A stretch of DNA of 64,000 nucleotides from a virus. The notes below the pieces were generated by a model. It saw only the letters and a program-made list of their open reading frames with translations, did no database searches and had not been told where the DNA came from. The position numbers and the translations under genes are program-made. Shown in pieces: positions 19,930 through 30,682 of this stretch; position 1 is the stretch's first letter, and the number at the start of each line of letters is the position of its first letter. The DNA lies in IMG/VR virus record IMGVR_UViG_3300035698_005082, positions 1 through 64,000 of that record; one strand, given 5' to 3'.

Positions 19930-22900
19930 ATGAGTTCATTATATTACAGTAAATCAGATGTATGGAATCCATATAGTTACTATAAACTAAATGAGGTTTC
20001 CCTATCTTCAACAATAGTTGATTCAAAAGGTGTAGCAAACGGAACAGTGGTAGGTACAGGCCTAACACAGGCCCCGGGATTAATACAAGAATCAGTTCCG
20101 TCCCACCTATTAGATGCACAAATATTTGATGGAACAAGTGTAATAAGATTCGACAATTTAATAGCAGATAAGCTTATAGGTTCAGACAGTATAACTATAG
20201 AATTCTCTATGAATATAGCGACTCTTGTAGATTCATTCATATTTCACATTCCCTTAAGTGCTACTGATGAATTAGATTTTAACACTGTAACAGAAGTGAT
20301 GTCTTTACATCTAGACCTTGCTGGTACACTTACCCTAAAGTCTTCAACATCTGCAAGTGATACAAAGACCCAAGTAAGTATCGCGACAGTTTTGCCAGCG
20401 ACAACTTATTGGATAACTGCATCTGTAGATTTCTTAAATGGAAAACAATCAATATCAATTGACAATACGACTGAAGAAGTATCTGGACTACTGTTTGATA
20501 ATGAGTACTCAAGCGTAGTTAATAAGGTCTCTCTTGATAATAATTTTGAAGATACTATCGGCGGTCATCCAGAAGTAGGATCAGAATCTACTCTGGGATT
20601 TGATGGAACACTTGATGAATTCAGGATATATCCAAGGTACTTAGATTCAGCAGAAGTAGCTGGTCACGCATATATAGTAATCAATACTGGAGTTGCGGAT
20701 TATAAGTTTTCACATAGATTCACATCTCAACCTTTCATAGTTGAATGGCTACCATTATCATCAATATATCTAGATCTAGATCTTTCTGTCATAGAATTCC
20801 CATCTTCATTCAGTTTTGAAATAGAGACATACACAGAAGACTATAACCTATTTAGCTTTAAGTGGGTTGATGATAGCTCAGATTCAGACAGTATATTTAG
20901 TATAAGATATAAGGACGGGATAGTACAAACAGAGGAAGATCATGATTTTAAATTGTTATTTAATCTAGATTTTTTTATTGAATATGATCATGTCTTCAGA
21001 ATGCAATATCAAAATAAGCAAGATATTGAACCTAGTGTAAAGACACATAGATTTAATTTCTTAAATAAAACCTCATTCGTTAAGGATGAGGATCATATAT
21101 TCACGTCTGGATATAATAGTATAGGATATATTGATAGTGATTATCCATTTGATATAGGATATTTCCTTAGAGGAAATTCTGAAGGTACACCAGAAACATA
21201 TACCCTCACTCCAAATGGTTCACAAGTTGATTTTGAATTAACAATATCAGATACTGATATAATAGATGGTCTATATACTGCAATAGTTGATAGTGGATCG
21301 GCATACTCTACTTATTTTGCAGAGTTCACGGTATTAGAACCAGCATCAATACCTGCATCAGAGATACTATTCAATAAGGATGGTATAACTATAGAAATAG
21401 AATGGATAACGTCTATACAGCAGAATATAATATTTACAGTATCAAATGTTGATACTGATTCATCTCTATCTCTTTCCTCTTATATGGACGGAGCAAGTAG
21501 CTATGTAATAATGTTTAATGAATGGCCTAACTGGGCATCTATAATGGGATCTGGAAATGTAGAACACATATCCCTAGTAGAGCTAGGATCTGAGGTGTTT
21601 AAAATACTACCCTTACAAGGTGACAAGTGTTGCATATTACAGAATACGGTTACAGGGATAGACTTATGTAGACTGCCAGAATATTCCATTGATGCCATAA
21701 CCGCCCCATTAGCATTACCAGTGCCTGTGAATATTGCACCTACTGCTACCAACGACACAGTAGTTATGGATCAAGATACTATTGTAGACATAGACGTAAT
21801 ATCAAATGATAACGATCTTAATGGAGATACTATATCTATAGTAAGTGTATCTTTGGCAACAGAAGGCTCAGTTATTGTAAATGGGGATGATACTATAAAG
21901 TACACTCCAGATCCGGGGTACATAGGCTCAGATAGTTTTACATATATAATAACTGATGGCAATGGAGAACAGGACTCTGGAACTGTAAATATAACAGTCC
22001 TAGAAGTGTCTAATATCGTAAACTATATAATGTCTGGAATAGAATTAAATAGCGAAGTTGACAGAACCTTGAAGTCGGCAAATGGTGTAGATTGGGATGT
22101 AATACCAGATCCAGTAGTGGACATTGATAAATTAAATATGTTTTCAATAAGCAACGGCCTGGATGGAATATCAGGAAAAGGCCTGGTGGCATATATGGAA
22201 CGAGGAACTGCTGCAGTTCAGGGTGGAATATACCCAATGACTGAGAAGATACATGTAGTATCTGAGGGAAGTACAGATTCATGGTCTGTGATATATGATC
22301 CAATACTAACTAGGACTGTACAGTATTTTCAAACAGCAACAACATGGAGAGTCTCATCTATAACTCCGCCACCAGGAACATTTAATGCTGGAGACGTCAA
22401 TGGAGAGATACCAGAGGGGACAGTTATAATACTTCCCAACTATGTACCACCAATAGAAATGGGTCAAGTCGGTTTAACATTGGAGCCAGGAAAACTTATA
22501 GTATATAGTAAGACTAATGATGCATGGGAGGATCAAACAGCATCAATGCTTTCCATGTCTATTGCAGCTGGAGCATATCCATTAGGAGTAGGTGGTGAAG
22601 ATGCTAGATATCACGGTGGTGGATATGGCGGTGGAATTAGTTCATATATAATGATGTTTAGAAGCAGAGCTGGTGATCTTAAGATAGTAAGCGGAGCTGG
22701 TGCTATAGCATCTAACTCATGGACAATTGGATCAGAGAGCTTGGCAGAGTTTGACACATATTCAGATACTGAATCATCTATAGCAGTAAGCCCAACATCT
22801 ATAATAATATCAGTATATTCAAAGGCTGCTGAAGACCTTATAGATAATTATAATGTTCAAACATACGGTGCTGGTTCATACGGAAGTCCATATGGTGGCG

Positions 22901-25140
22901 ATCCTGCAAGTACAAATACTGCTGGATACCAGAGTGTAGCAATATTAAAGAGATCAACTGATGGTGGTAATACATTTACAGACGTATTCAATAATAGCAA
23001 TCTATTCAATGAATTAGGTAATGATGAAGCACGCCCTAAGTATATTAGGGGAACAGTTATGTATGGACATGATGGAACTACTGGTAGATATGTAGGATTA
23101 GCAATAGATAATGGGACAGGTAGCGGAATACAGTACGCACTAGTTTCAATTGATGATGGCATAACATGGTCTATAAATGAAATAGGATATTCAAAAGGTG
23201 CTGATAATCCACATGAATTCGGATTTGATGGAGAAAAATTCTTTGTAGTATTTAACGAAAGATCAGATCAATACGGACAAGTATTTAAACGCATATTGTA
23301 TGAATCGCAAGATGGAACAGTATGGACAAGAGGCTCTGCATCTACCGGAGTATTAGAAGCAGAGGCATCAACACGTTCATCGTTTAATGCCGATGCAGCA
23401 TCTTCAAACATGATAATAAAATCAGCAGTATATTCTACTACAGAGTTAGACAATGGGTATAGAAATATTATGCCAGGCGCTGAGCAGTCTGGCAATGAAT
23501 ATGCAGATGTAATACTATCGGGTCTTTCTTTAAATAAAGTGGTATATATTGATACAGTCACTTCCTTAGAGAAGGGATTCTATGGTCTATTCAAGCAGGC
23601 GAACGGTGATACAGAAGTATACAGTGTGTGGAGTAAGGACACTCAGGACATATATGCTATACATAGCATAGCCTATACAGATCCTGAACCATCTATATAC
23701 TATTACGATGGTATAGATATAGTAGCTGGATGGATAAATGGATCTAATATGGAATTGTATAGATCTACAGATATGTCTACATGGACACTAAGTAGTAATA
23801 TCGTAGTGCCTAACTTCAAGGCTTTTGCGGAAAGTTCTGTTACTGGAACAAGCCTACATGTGATAAATGATAGCATATATAGATCTACGGATAGTGGAGC
23901 TACATGGAACGAAGTGTATGACGCTGGAGCTAGAATACTTGGAACCAGCACTATAGCAAGATTGTTCTTCTTTAGCACTATTAGTAATGGAGACATATTC
24001 ATATCAGCCGAAGAAGATGTAGCTACGAATTCTATATATGTATTATCATCTAACGACGATGGGTTAACATGGTCTTCTAATTACATAATGGATACATCAG
24101 ATACTACGACTAAATTGAATCCACTATCTATAACATTGGATTCATCTGGCTTAAACATGTCTGTTGATAGATCTATTGGTCAGAGTAGCTATAGATCACA
24201 AGATGGAATATCATGGTTTCACAGCTCTTCTTCTGGAAGTAGCAATGGTAGATCATTTGCATCTTCTCCAAAAGAAGTGTATATTACTGGGGCTAGATCA
24301 GGACACCAATACATAGACATTGGAAGATTCATAACCTCTACTGGAGAGGCTACATGGTCAGAAGATTTTGATGGATCACTAGTGGCTCCGTCAATAGATT
24401 CAATACATGGACTAGGCAATGCACTATTAGATTTTGGCCTGACAGTAGCCGTTGCAAAACAGTCAGGTGCATATGTAGCCATAACAAAGAATAAGATTAG
24501 CCATGATTGGGGAATATACCCTATTGCTGGTACAAATCCATTATGGTCTTTAGTTAAGCTGTCATCAGACAGATTAGCTATAAATGCAATTTTTACAGAT
24601 GACACAACAGTGTATATGATGTCTTCATCAGATGGACAATCATGGAGTCAGACAGTATCAAAGCCTAAAAAACCTGGACTAGAGTATTCGTATGATTCAG
24701 GGAATGGGCAAATGTGGTCAGCAGACGCTGCTAATCTATACAGGGATGAATCTATAACAGATTTGTCTTCTGACAATGTATTATTCACCGGCCATGTTCA
24801 GTCTATAGTCATGAACAATACTTCTACATCTTCAGTAGCAATAGCCAGAGATACTATAGATACTCATAAATGGTATGCTTACCAATCATACAATAACGGT
24901 GATCCACATAAGCTAGCGTTAATATCTGATCCATCTATATCAAGCATATATTCTTTCACTGTGGAAAGATCTGTATTTACCATAGTAATGAAAAAGGATG
25001 ATAATTCATTTATGACAATATACTCAAGGAATGGAGAAGAATGGTCTTCTACACTGGAAGGAGTAATATCAAATGATGAAACTGCTAAGATATATTCGTT
25101 CGTAAAGACAGCACTTGAGGTTACAGAAGTTATACCGTAG
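19930..25140 (+). CDS. Large multidomain adhesin-like appendage protein: LamG + Ig/cadherin-like + Asp-box (BNR) beta-propellers
   Basis: FDGTLDEFRIYPRYL (LamG); NIAPTATND...YTPDPGYIGSDSFTYIITDGNG (Big_9/cadherin-like); about ten S-x-D/N-(x)-G-x-x-W boxes such as RSTDGGNTF, SIDDGITW, RSTDSGATW, SNDDGLTW. Confidence 0.8.
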   Translation: MSSLYYSKSDVWNPYSYYKLNEVSLSSTIVDSKGVANGTVVGTGLTQAPGLIQESVPSHLLDAQIFDGTSVIRFDNLIADKLIGSDSITIEFSMNIATLVDSFIFHIPLSATDELDFNTVTEVMSLHLDLAGTLTLKSSTSASDTKTQVSIATVLPATTYWITASVDFLNGKQSISIDNTTEEVSGLLFDNEYSSVVNKVSLDNNFEDTIGGHPEVGSESTLGFDGTLDEFRIYPRYLDSAEVAGHAYIVINTGVADYKFSHRFTSQPFIVEWLPLSSIYLDLDLSVIEFPSSFSFEIETYTEDYNLFSFKWVDDSSDSDSIFSIRYKDGIVQTEEDHDFKLLFNLDFFIEYDHVFRMQYQNKQDIEPSVKTHRFNFLNKTSFVKDEDHIFTSGYNSIGYIDSDYPFDIGYFLRGNSEGTPETYTLTPNGSQVDFELTISDTDIIDGLYTAIVDSGSAYSTYFAEFTVLEPASIPASEILFNKDGITIEIEWITSIQQNIIFTVSNVDTDSSLSLSSYMDGASSYVIMFNEWPNWASIMGSGNVEHISLVELGSEVFKILPLQGDKCCILQNTVTGIDLCRLPEYSIDAITAPLALPVPVNIAPTATNDTVVMDQDTIVDIDVISNDNDLNGDTISIVSVSLATEGSVIVNGDDTIKYTPDPGYIGSDSFTYIITDGNGEQDSGTVNITVLEVSNIVNYIMSGIELNSEVDRTLKSANGVDWDVIPDPVVDIDKLNMFSISNGLDGISGKGLVAYMERGTAAVQGGIYPMTEKIHVVSEGSTDSWSVIYDPILTRTVQYFQTATTWRVSSITPPPGTFNAGDVNGEIPEGTVIILPNYVPPIEMGQVGLTLEPGKLIVYSKTNDAWEDQTASMLSMSIAAGAYPLGVGGEDARYHGGGYGGGISSYIMMFRSRAGDLKIVSGAGAIASNSWTIGSESLAEFDTYSDTESSIAVSPTSIIISVYSKAAEDLIDNYNVQTYGAGSYGSPYGGDPASTNTAGYQSVAILKRSTDGGNTFTDVFNNSNLFNELGNDEARPKYIRGTVMYGHDGTTGRYVGLAIDNGTGSGIQYALVSIDDGITWSINEIGYSKGADNPHEFGFDGEKFFVVFNERSDQYGQVFKRILYESQDGTVWTRGSASTGVLEAEASTRSSFNADAASSNMIIKSAVYSTTELDNGYRNIMPGAEQSGNEYADVILSGLSLNKVVYIDTVTSLEKGFYGLFKQANGDTEVYSVWSKDTQDIYAIHSIAYTDPEPSIYYYDGIDIVAGWINGSNMELYRSTDMSTWTLSSNIVVPNFKAFAESSVTGTSLHVINDSIYRSTDSGATWNEVYDAGARILGTSTIARLFFFSTISNGDIFISAEEDVATNSIYVLSSNDDGLTWSSNYIMDTSDTTTKLNPLSITLDSSGLNMSVDRSIGQSSYRSQDGISWFHSSSSGSSNGRSFASSPKEVYITGARSGHQYIDIGRFITSTGEATWSEDFDGSLVAPSIDSIHGLGNALLDFGLTVAVAKQSGAYVAITKNKISHDWGIYPIAGTNPLWSLVKLSSDRLAINAIFTDDTTVYMMSSSDGQSWSQTVSKPKKPGLEYSYDSGNGQMWSADAANLYRDESITDLSSDNVLFTGHVQSIVMNNTSTSSVAIARDTIDTHKWYAYQSYNNGDPHKLALISDPSISSIYSFTVERSVFTIVMKKDDNSFMTIYSRNGEEWSSTLEGVISNDETAKIYSFVKTALEVTEVIP

Positions 25141-25535
25141 TGCCAGATGTTGTAAGTCCAGACCTATCTCTAAGTAAGCAGATAAGTATAGATTCGGGAG
25201 TTACATTGTTTGATGCTGATCATCAGATAACAGCACCAATAGCAGTGGCACCTAGCGGTGCTGAATATAGATACATAATAGCAACAGGAGATGTTTTCGT
25301 TAATAATGTACTCTTCTTTGACCCAATACTTCTTGGGCCTACTGCAATAACTATTGGCGATTTACCACCCAATTTCTCCGTTATCGCAGATAAGTCTATA
25401 GGATTCCCAGCAACCGAGATACCATTGGTATGTCCAACTTCTGGAGTTTATGAGAACGTGGCAGAGGTGCAAGGGACCGGCCCTGATTCAGGTATAATAA
25501 GGGCAACTAGTACAGCACACATTGTGTGTGTATAA
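25140..25535 (+). CDS. Small Ig-like (DUF11-like) protein
   Basis: LSLSK...EYRYII..GDV...YENVAEVQG pattern; GTG overlaps the TAG of the previous gene. Confidence 0.4.
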   Translation: MPDVVSPDLSLSKQISIDSGVTLFDADHQITAPIAVAPSGAEYRYIIATGDVFVNNVLFFDPILLGPTAITIGDLPPNFSVIADKSIGFPATEIPLVCPTSGVYENVAEVQGTGPDSGIIRATSTAHIVCV

Positions 25536-25564
25536 TATAATAATATTTATAATCGAGACTTAAA

Positions 25565-26203
25565 ATGAATATAAACACAACAATATCTATAAGCACTGGA
25601 GTATTGGATACAGATGGTAATGAAATATCCTTAGCTGGTTCTGCCAGTGTGGATATGCTTCTAAATCCATTTTACGCTACAGAGAACGACATATTATCAA
25701 TAATAATGGATGAACCGTCTCAAGAATATAGCACTAGAATTAGAGAAATAATATTCAATAGTTCAGTTATGGCAGACGATAAGATAACAGCGTCAATGAT
25801 AATTGAATCTGGTATGACTACAGTTCAGGCATTTAGAATAAAAAGACAATATGTAATATGCCTCTCAGCATATGAATTTTCAAAGGCTTTCTATAGAGAC
25901 TATCTAAGATCTATAAAGAAATCAAAATTCTTGGGAGATGTAAAAGTATCCCTAGATATAGAAAAGGATCCCTCATTCATAATGCAGATATCTGCAGATG
26001 CAAAAGAATGCTTTGAGTCAATAGAGACAGCAATGGGAGTAGGTGTTGGGATGGCTTCTTTTGTTAAAGGCAGAAATAACAGCTGTGGTAAGACTAGCTC
26101 TAGAGAATGGTATCCAAATATAGGCAATGGTTCCCCAAGGGTACCGATTGCAGCTAATAAAGCAGTGGGATTTTGCAACAAGTATAAAATTGGTGTGGCA
26201 TGA
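25565..26203 (+). CDS. Putative head-tail adaptor/neck protein
   Basis: Position before the neck/sheath genes; PFYAT, YVICL.A, KSKFLGDVKVS pattern. Confidence 0.55.
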   Translation: MNINTTISISTGVLDTDGNEISLAGSASVDMLLNPFYATENDILSIIMDEPSQEYSTRIREIIFNSSVMADDKITASMIIESGMTTVQAFRIKRQYVICLSAYEFSKAFYRDYLRSIKKSKFLGDVKVSLDIEKDPSFIMQISADAKECFESIETAMGVGVGMASFVKGRNNSCGKTSSREWYPNIGNGSPRVPIAANKAVGFCNKYKIGVA

Positions 26204-26736
26204 AGTACTCAGACCTAAAATTGAATCCCTATACTGACCTAGAAGAAATTTCTATAAGAGGAGAGGTAATAGATTTCATTTCTGGATCTGACTTTGGACA
26301 ACAGAAATACACTCCATATATACATAGAGCATTACGTAGAAATAAATATGGTAAAGCTGAAAAATGCATCTGTTGGGATAAGATAGCTAATGAAGGACAA
26401 TGTGGATGCCCATACTGTGATGGGGTAGGATATTACTGGGACGAAACAATAGTGCCTGGTGTAATATTCCTTCTTAATAAGCGTAAGCTTGTTAGTGCTC
26501 TAGATACGGAAATAGCAGCAGGTCGTAAAGGTGATTATGAATTAGCATTCATATCACCATACTCAATAAATATTGGACAACAAGACTACCTATTAGAGCC
26601 AAATCTTAACGATGATGGATTTTTACAGTATCCAATAAAAACTAAATCTAGATTCCTAGTAATAGAAGGAGTCGAAAGACGCATGGATTCAGCAAATAAA
26701 GAATACACACTATCAGTAATATCTAAGGTTTTATAA
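26200..26736 (+). CDS. Putative head-closure/neck protein with Zn-binding Cys cluster
   Basis: CICW...CGCPYCDGVGY; position between adaptor and tail completion genes. Confidence 0.55.
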   Translation: MKYSDLKLNPYTDLEEISIRGEVIDFISGSDFGQQKYTPYIHRALRRNKYGKAEKCICWDKIANEGQCGCPYCDGVGYYWDETIVPGVIFLLNKRKLVSALDTEIAAGRKGDYELAFISPYSINIGQQDYLLEPNLNDDGFLQYPIKTKSRFLVIEGVERRMDSANKEYTLSVISKVL

Positions 26737-26737
26737 C

Positions 26738-27436
26738 ATGGCTGCTCTTACAGATAACGAAATATCACAGATAATAAGAAACTTAATAACTAGCTCTCAA
26801 CAACAATCTCGCAATGTTCGTAATATTGATGAAGAATTTATGTCAGATTATATTGACATTGACAAGTTTATTGAGGTATTATATTCACTGTTGGAATCTA
26901 ATGGATATTTAATTGAAGGAGACAAGCAAGAAGAGGAGAATAATACCTGTAGTAAGTTTACTTTTACTCAGGAGTTTCCGAACTTTCTTGTCAACTCTAA
27001 TACAGTCGTTTCTGTCGAGGTAGAAAAAAGAGTACCAGCGAGTCTATCTGCTAACTCTGAGCCATTTTCAGGAGTCAAAAGTTATAGACCAATGTATCTG
27101 GGACAGGAAAAAGACGAGGTAGATGGTGGGATAAACATAGACCTACAATCCATTTATGATAACGAAATAAAACTAGTCTGCTGGTCAGACAGTCTAATAA
27201 TGGCGAGGAATTTATCTTCATTATTCGAGTCTATTATGCAAAAGTATTACTGGGTTCTGCGGAAGTATGTACCGGTACTAGTTTACACAGGAAGACAAAA
27301 CACGATTGTTACTGACAAATACGGTGATTCGAGATACTTCGGTATACCTCTTCATTACTTTGTTAGGACAAACGAAAGATTCATTCTCAAAGAGAGTGAA
27401 CTTAAGAACATAAATATAAGCCACACTGTTGGCTAA
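26738..27436 (+). CDS. Putative tail completion/terminator protein
   Basis: Directly upstream of the sheath; YDNEIKLVCWS...LHYFVRT. Confidence 0.5.
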   Translation: MAALTDNEISQIIRNLITSSQQQSRNVRNIDEEFMSDYIDIDKFIEVLYSLLESNGYLIEGDKQEEENNTCSKFTFTQEFPNFLVNSNTVVSVEVEKRVPASLSANSEPFSGVKSYRPMYLGQEKDEVDGGINIDLQSIYDNEIKLVCWSDSLIMARNLSSLFESIMQKYYWVLRKYVPVLVYTGRQNTIVTDKYGDSRYFGIPLHYFVRTNERFILKESELKNINISHTVG

Positions 27437-27452
27437 GTATAGGGGCACAAAA

Positions 27453-29435
27453 ATGCGCAAATACCAAAATTTACCAAGCATTAACGTTGAGTTACTTGAT
27501 GGTAACCTGCAAATCGATCAGCCAATCTCAGGACCAGTGGTTCTGGTTGTTGGCACAGCTTTTTCTGGACCATCTAACACTCAATATCTAGTATCTGATA
27601 GTAATCTTGCATCTGCAATTTATGGATCTGAATCTCAGTTGATTCAAAAGATGTCAGAAGCTAAAATGGGCGGTGCAAAAAACATCCTTTTATATAGAGT
27701 CGGTGGCCTAGCTGCTGAGATCTCAGGACTGTTTGGCGACAACACTTTAATATCAACCAGAGAAGAGACTTCTTCTGCAGGCTCTAAGTATGGAATGTAT
27801 GTTGGTCCAAGACCAAATGATGCTGGAAATGCTGGAATGATCATATTCGAAGGAGACACTATTGTTTATTCAAATATGCCAGGCGCTGAAGTAGACCTAG
27901 GAAAATTCAACGTTGTTGGATTTGATACGGCTTTCCCTCATGTAATCGGAACTCCAACTGCTCCAGTCTTGATGAAAGACGTACTAGCAAGTGTTGTTGA
28001 TGAAGCAATACAAAACGAAACAGGCGATGGAATTCTTACAACTTTCGATCTTGCCACAGCCGGAATAACAGCAGTTACATCTGCCACAGAAGATGCGGTA
28101 CCAGTTGCATACACAGTAGTTGGAACAGACATCGTATTCGATGTTGCTCCCGCCAATCTATCTGCGATAATCATAAATGGTACAATACCTCTTGACGTAA
28201 ACACTTTAACGCCAGTTCCAGTATATGTTCCTGGAGAAGACAATGTTAATGCTTCACTACAGAAGTACTACGAACTTCTTGATGCTGCATATGAAGACCT
28301 TGAAACGACTATTGCCACACAAATTGTTACTGGTATTGCTTATCTTGATGCTCCTAACATAGCAGACGGAAGTGTAGCAGTAGACAGACTAGATTACTTT
28401 AGAAAAGAAGAAGTGTCTGGCGAGACTGTGTATACATGGAATACCAACAAGCTAGTATATGTACTTGGTGGATCTAATGAGACCAATGATATACTACTTG
28501 CTGATCTTGACGAGAATGGTCAGCCGATAGTTAAATATGTATATTCTGAAGTGAACTTTGCACATCAAATGGGGATGTGGTTACACGCCATAACCGAGAA
28601 TGATAGATTTGTTCTTGGTTCAATTGGCACAAGTAAGCCATTGTCTAGTACAACTTCTTCAGTATCTAATTGGGTTGGCTCTCTTCCACAGACCGATATT
28701 AATGGTGTAATAATTGCTAACGGTACCGGCTTGCTGGGTAATAGATACATGACAGGAGCAATTGGCCAATTAGCAGGTTTTTATGCAACAGACTCTGGAT
28801 TTCCAGATGGGAATGTTGAATCTGACACTAATGGAGCACCAATAGATTTAGGTAAATACTTGTCAGTGGCAATGGGTGTAGCGGTAACGCCTAATAACCC
28901 TACAATAGGCACTGTTCTAAATCAAACGAATATGGATGCTTTATATATCGGACTCTTATCCGGAATTGTTCCAGGCGATTCAACAACAAACGCGGTTATT
29001 CCATATGTAACATTACCTTTCACAATAAAGAAGACTAAGCTTGATGAACTAACATTTGCTGGTTACGTCTCTTTATCAGATAGAACTCGTGGAACAACTG
29101 TCGTATCTGGAGAGCTAGCTACCGCTGAAGGCTCTGATTATGATTATGTATCTACAGCAATTATAATTGCAAGCGTAGTTAAGAACATAAGAGAAAGATC
29201 GGAACCATTCCTAGGAAAGGGATTAAATCAAATAACCTTAGCAGCAGCAGATACTGCTGTTGAGTCTGTATTCAGAGAAGCAGTGGCTGATGGATCAATT
29301 GTAAAATATGGTTACCAAGTTATTTCAGATACAGCAGAAAGAGGTAGAGGTCAGTTAAGAGTTCCAATAACTATCGTACCAGCATTCGAACTTAGAGAAG
29401 TTTCTGTACCAATCAAGCTTGCTTACGATATCTAA
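27453..29435 (+). CDS. Contractile tail sheath protein
   Basis: N-terminal LPSINVELLD...VLVVGTAFSGP, C-terminal EPFLGK...ITIVPAFELREVSV. ATG 27453 with AGGGG upstream is preferred over TTG 27429. Confidence 0.9.
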   Translation: MRKYQNLPSINVELLDGNLQIDQPISGPVVLVVGTAFSGPSNTQYLVSDSNLASAIYGSESQLIQKMSEAKMGGAKNILLYRVGGLAAEISGLFGDNTLISTREETSSAGSKYGMYVGPRPNDAGNAGMIIFEGDTIVYSNMPGAEVDLGKFNVVGFDTAFPHVIGTPTAPVLMKDVLASVVDEAIQNETGDGILTTFDLATAGITAVTSATEDAVPVAYTVVGTDIVFDVAPANLSAIIINGTIPLDVNTLTPVPVYVPGEDNVNASLQKYYELLDAAYEDLETTIATQIVTGIAYLDAPNIADGSVAVDRLDYFRKEEVSGETVYTWNTNKLVYVLGGSNETNDILLADLDENGQPIVKYVYSEVNFAHQMGMWLHAITENDRFVLGSIGTSKPLSSTTSSVSNWVGSLPQTDINGVIIANGTGLLGNRYMTGAIGQLAGFYATDSGFPDGNVESDTNGAPIDLGKYLSVAMGVAVTPNNPTIGTVLNQTNMDALYIGLLSGIVPGDSTTNAVIPYVTLPFTIKKTKLDELTFAGYVSLSDRTRGTTVVSGELATAEGSDYDYVSTAIIIASVVKNIRERSEPFLGKGLNQITLAAADTAVESVFREAVADGSIVKYGYQVISDTAERGRGQLRVPITIVPAFELREVSVPIKLAYDI

Positions 29436-29440
29436 GTAGC

Positions 29441-29470
29441 ATTATGGAAAAGGAATGATCCTTTTCTAAT
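29441..29470 (+). other. Intergenic stem-loop between sheath and tube genes
   Basis: GAAAAGGA-ATGA-TCCTTTTC perfect 8-bp stem; possible weak terminator or mRNA stabiliser. Confidence 0.55.
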
Positions 29471-29494
29471 TAAAATTTTAGGAGAATAAAAACT

Positions 29495-30085
29495 ATGGCA
29501 ACTTTTCAAAGTTTCTCTGGTGTAGACATTCATGCAGTTTTTGGTAATACACAATTTGGAGAAGTCCAAATGGTGTCTTACAAATCAGATCGTGAAAAAG
29601 CACCAGTATTTACAATGGGATCTGCTGATCCAAGAACTATCGCTCGTGGAAAACGACTTATTACAGGGGCTGTAGTCTTTGTGGTATTCGAAAAAGATAG
29701 CCTTTTATCTATTATGAATACAGAAAAAGGAGTAAATAATCCACATCTGTCAAATGAAGAAACAGCCAACTATGACACTACAGGTGGCTTCATTGGTCCA
29801 GATGGTGGAAGCAGAACTCTTAGCGGTGAAGCAGCAGTAGGCTCATTGACAACACCGTCGGCAGCACGTCTTGCTGATCAGTTGCTTCCATTCGATATAA
29901 CATTAGTTGGCGCAAATGAGTATGGTAATACTACAAGTATGACTATACAGGGCGTAGAGCTTATGTCTGAATCTGGTGGAATATCAATAGATGACCTTGT
30001 TATTGAAAAACAAATGTCATTCATTGCTAGATCTATCAAGAATTGGGATAAGGGTACCTTAGTGGTAAGAACACCAGGGGCTTAA
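29495..30085 (+). CDS. Major tail tube protein
   Basis: Follows the sheath; strong SD AGGAG; SFSGVDI...VSYKSDREKAPVFTMG...RGKRLITG...PFDITL..ANEYG. Confidence 0.8.
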   Translation: MATFQSFSGVDIHAVFGNTQFGEVQMVSYKSDREKAPVFTMGSADPRTIARGKRLITGAVVFVVFEKDSLLSIMNTEKGVNNPHLSNEETANYDTTGGFIGPDGGSRTLSGEAAVGSLTTPSAARLADQLLPFDITLVGANEYGNTTSMTIQGVELMSESGGISIDDLVIEKQMSFIARSIKNWDKGTLVVRTPGA

Positions 30086-30091
30086 ATAACA

Positions 30092-30682
30092 ATGCCAACA
30101 CCAAGTAAAGGGAGTCCTGTAAGGGCTATTGGTGGAACGCATACACATATACTTCTAGAACTTTCTGGAGAACAATCAGGTGAGGCGCTTTTCTATTTGG
30201 GAAGCGCCTTAACTGTTTCTTACTCTGTGCATAGAGATAAGGTACCTGTGTTTAACTGCGGTTCACATTTGATAGATGGCTTTTCAATAGCTAATAAGTA
30301 TGTAGCTGGATCAATTATTACTATAATGTATGACATAGATGAATTTGCAGAAATCATATCTGGCATAGTAAAGGGTAATAATGATAATCCATATAAATCA
30401 GCATCCGGAATAAAAGAGTCACACACTTTTATGAGAGACGATCTAGTACCATTTAATATACATGCTATATTTACAAATGAGTATGACGATAAAGCTAGAA
30501 AGATAGTTATATATGATGCTACATTTATAAACAATGGTCAGGTAATGTCTATAAATGATATAATAACAGAAAACACTCTGTCATTTGTTGCAAGAGACAT
30601 GTCAGAACAAAGCGAAATAGGTGATGTGAATTCATCGCTTACAACACGAGAAACCATACTGAAGGCTTCAAGCCTAGTCTAA
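30092..30682 (+). CDS. Tail tube paralogue (tube initiator-like)
   Basis: VSYSVHRDKVPVFNCG...VAGSII...PFNIHAIFTNEY aligns by eye with the tube protein. Confidence 0.7.
   Translation: MPTPSKGSPVRAIGGTHTHILLELSGEQSGEALFYLGSALTVSYSVHRDKVPVFNCGSHLIDGFSIANKYVAGSIITIMYDIDEFAEIISGIVKGNNDNPYKSASGIKESHTFMRDDLVPFNIHAIFTNEYDDKARKIVIYDATFINNGQVMSINDIITENTLSFVARDMSEQSEIGDVNSSLTTRETILKASSLV

Noticed and set aside
25522-25553. Possible promoter (two TATAAT hexamers) before the neck genes
   Set aside because: Very AT-rich gap with no properly spaced -35 or extended -10; could be chance.
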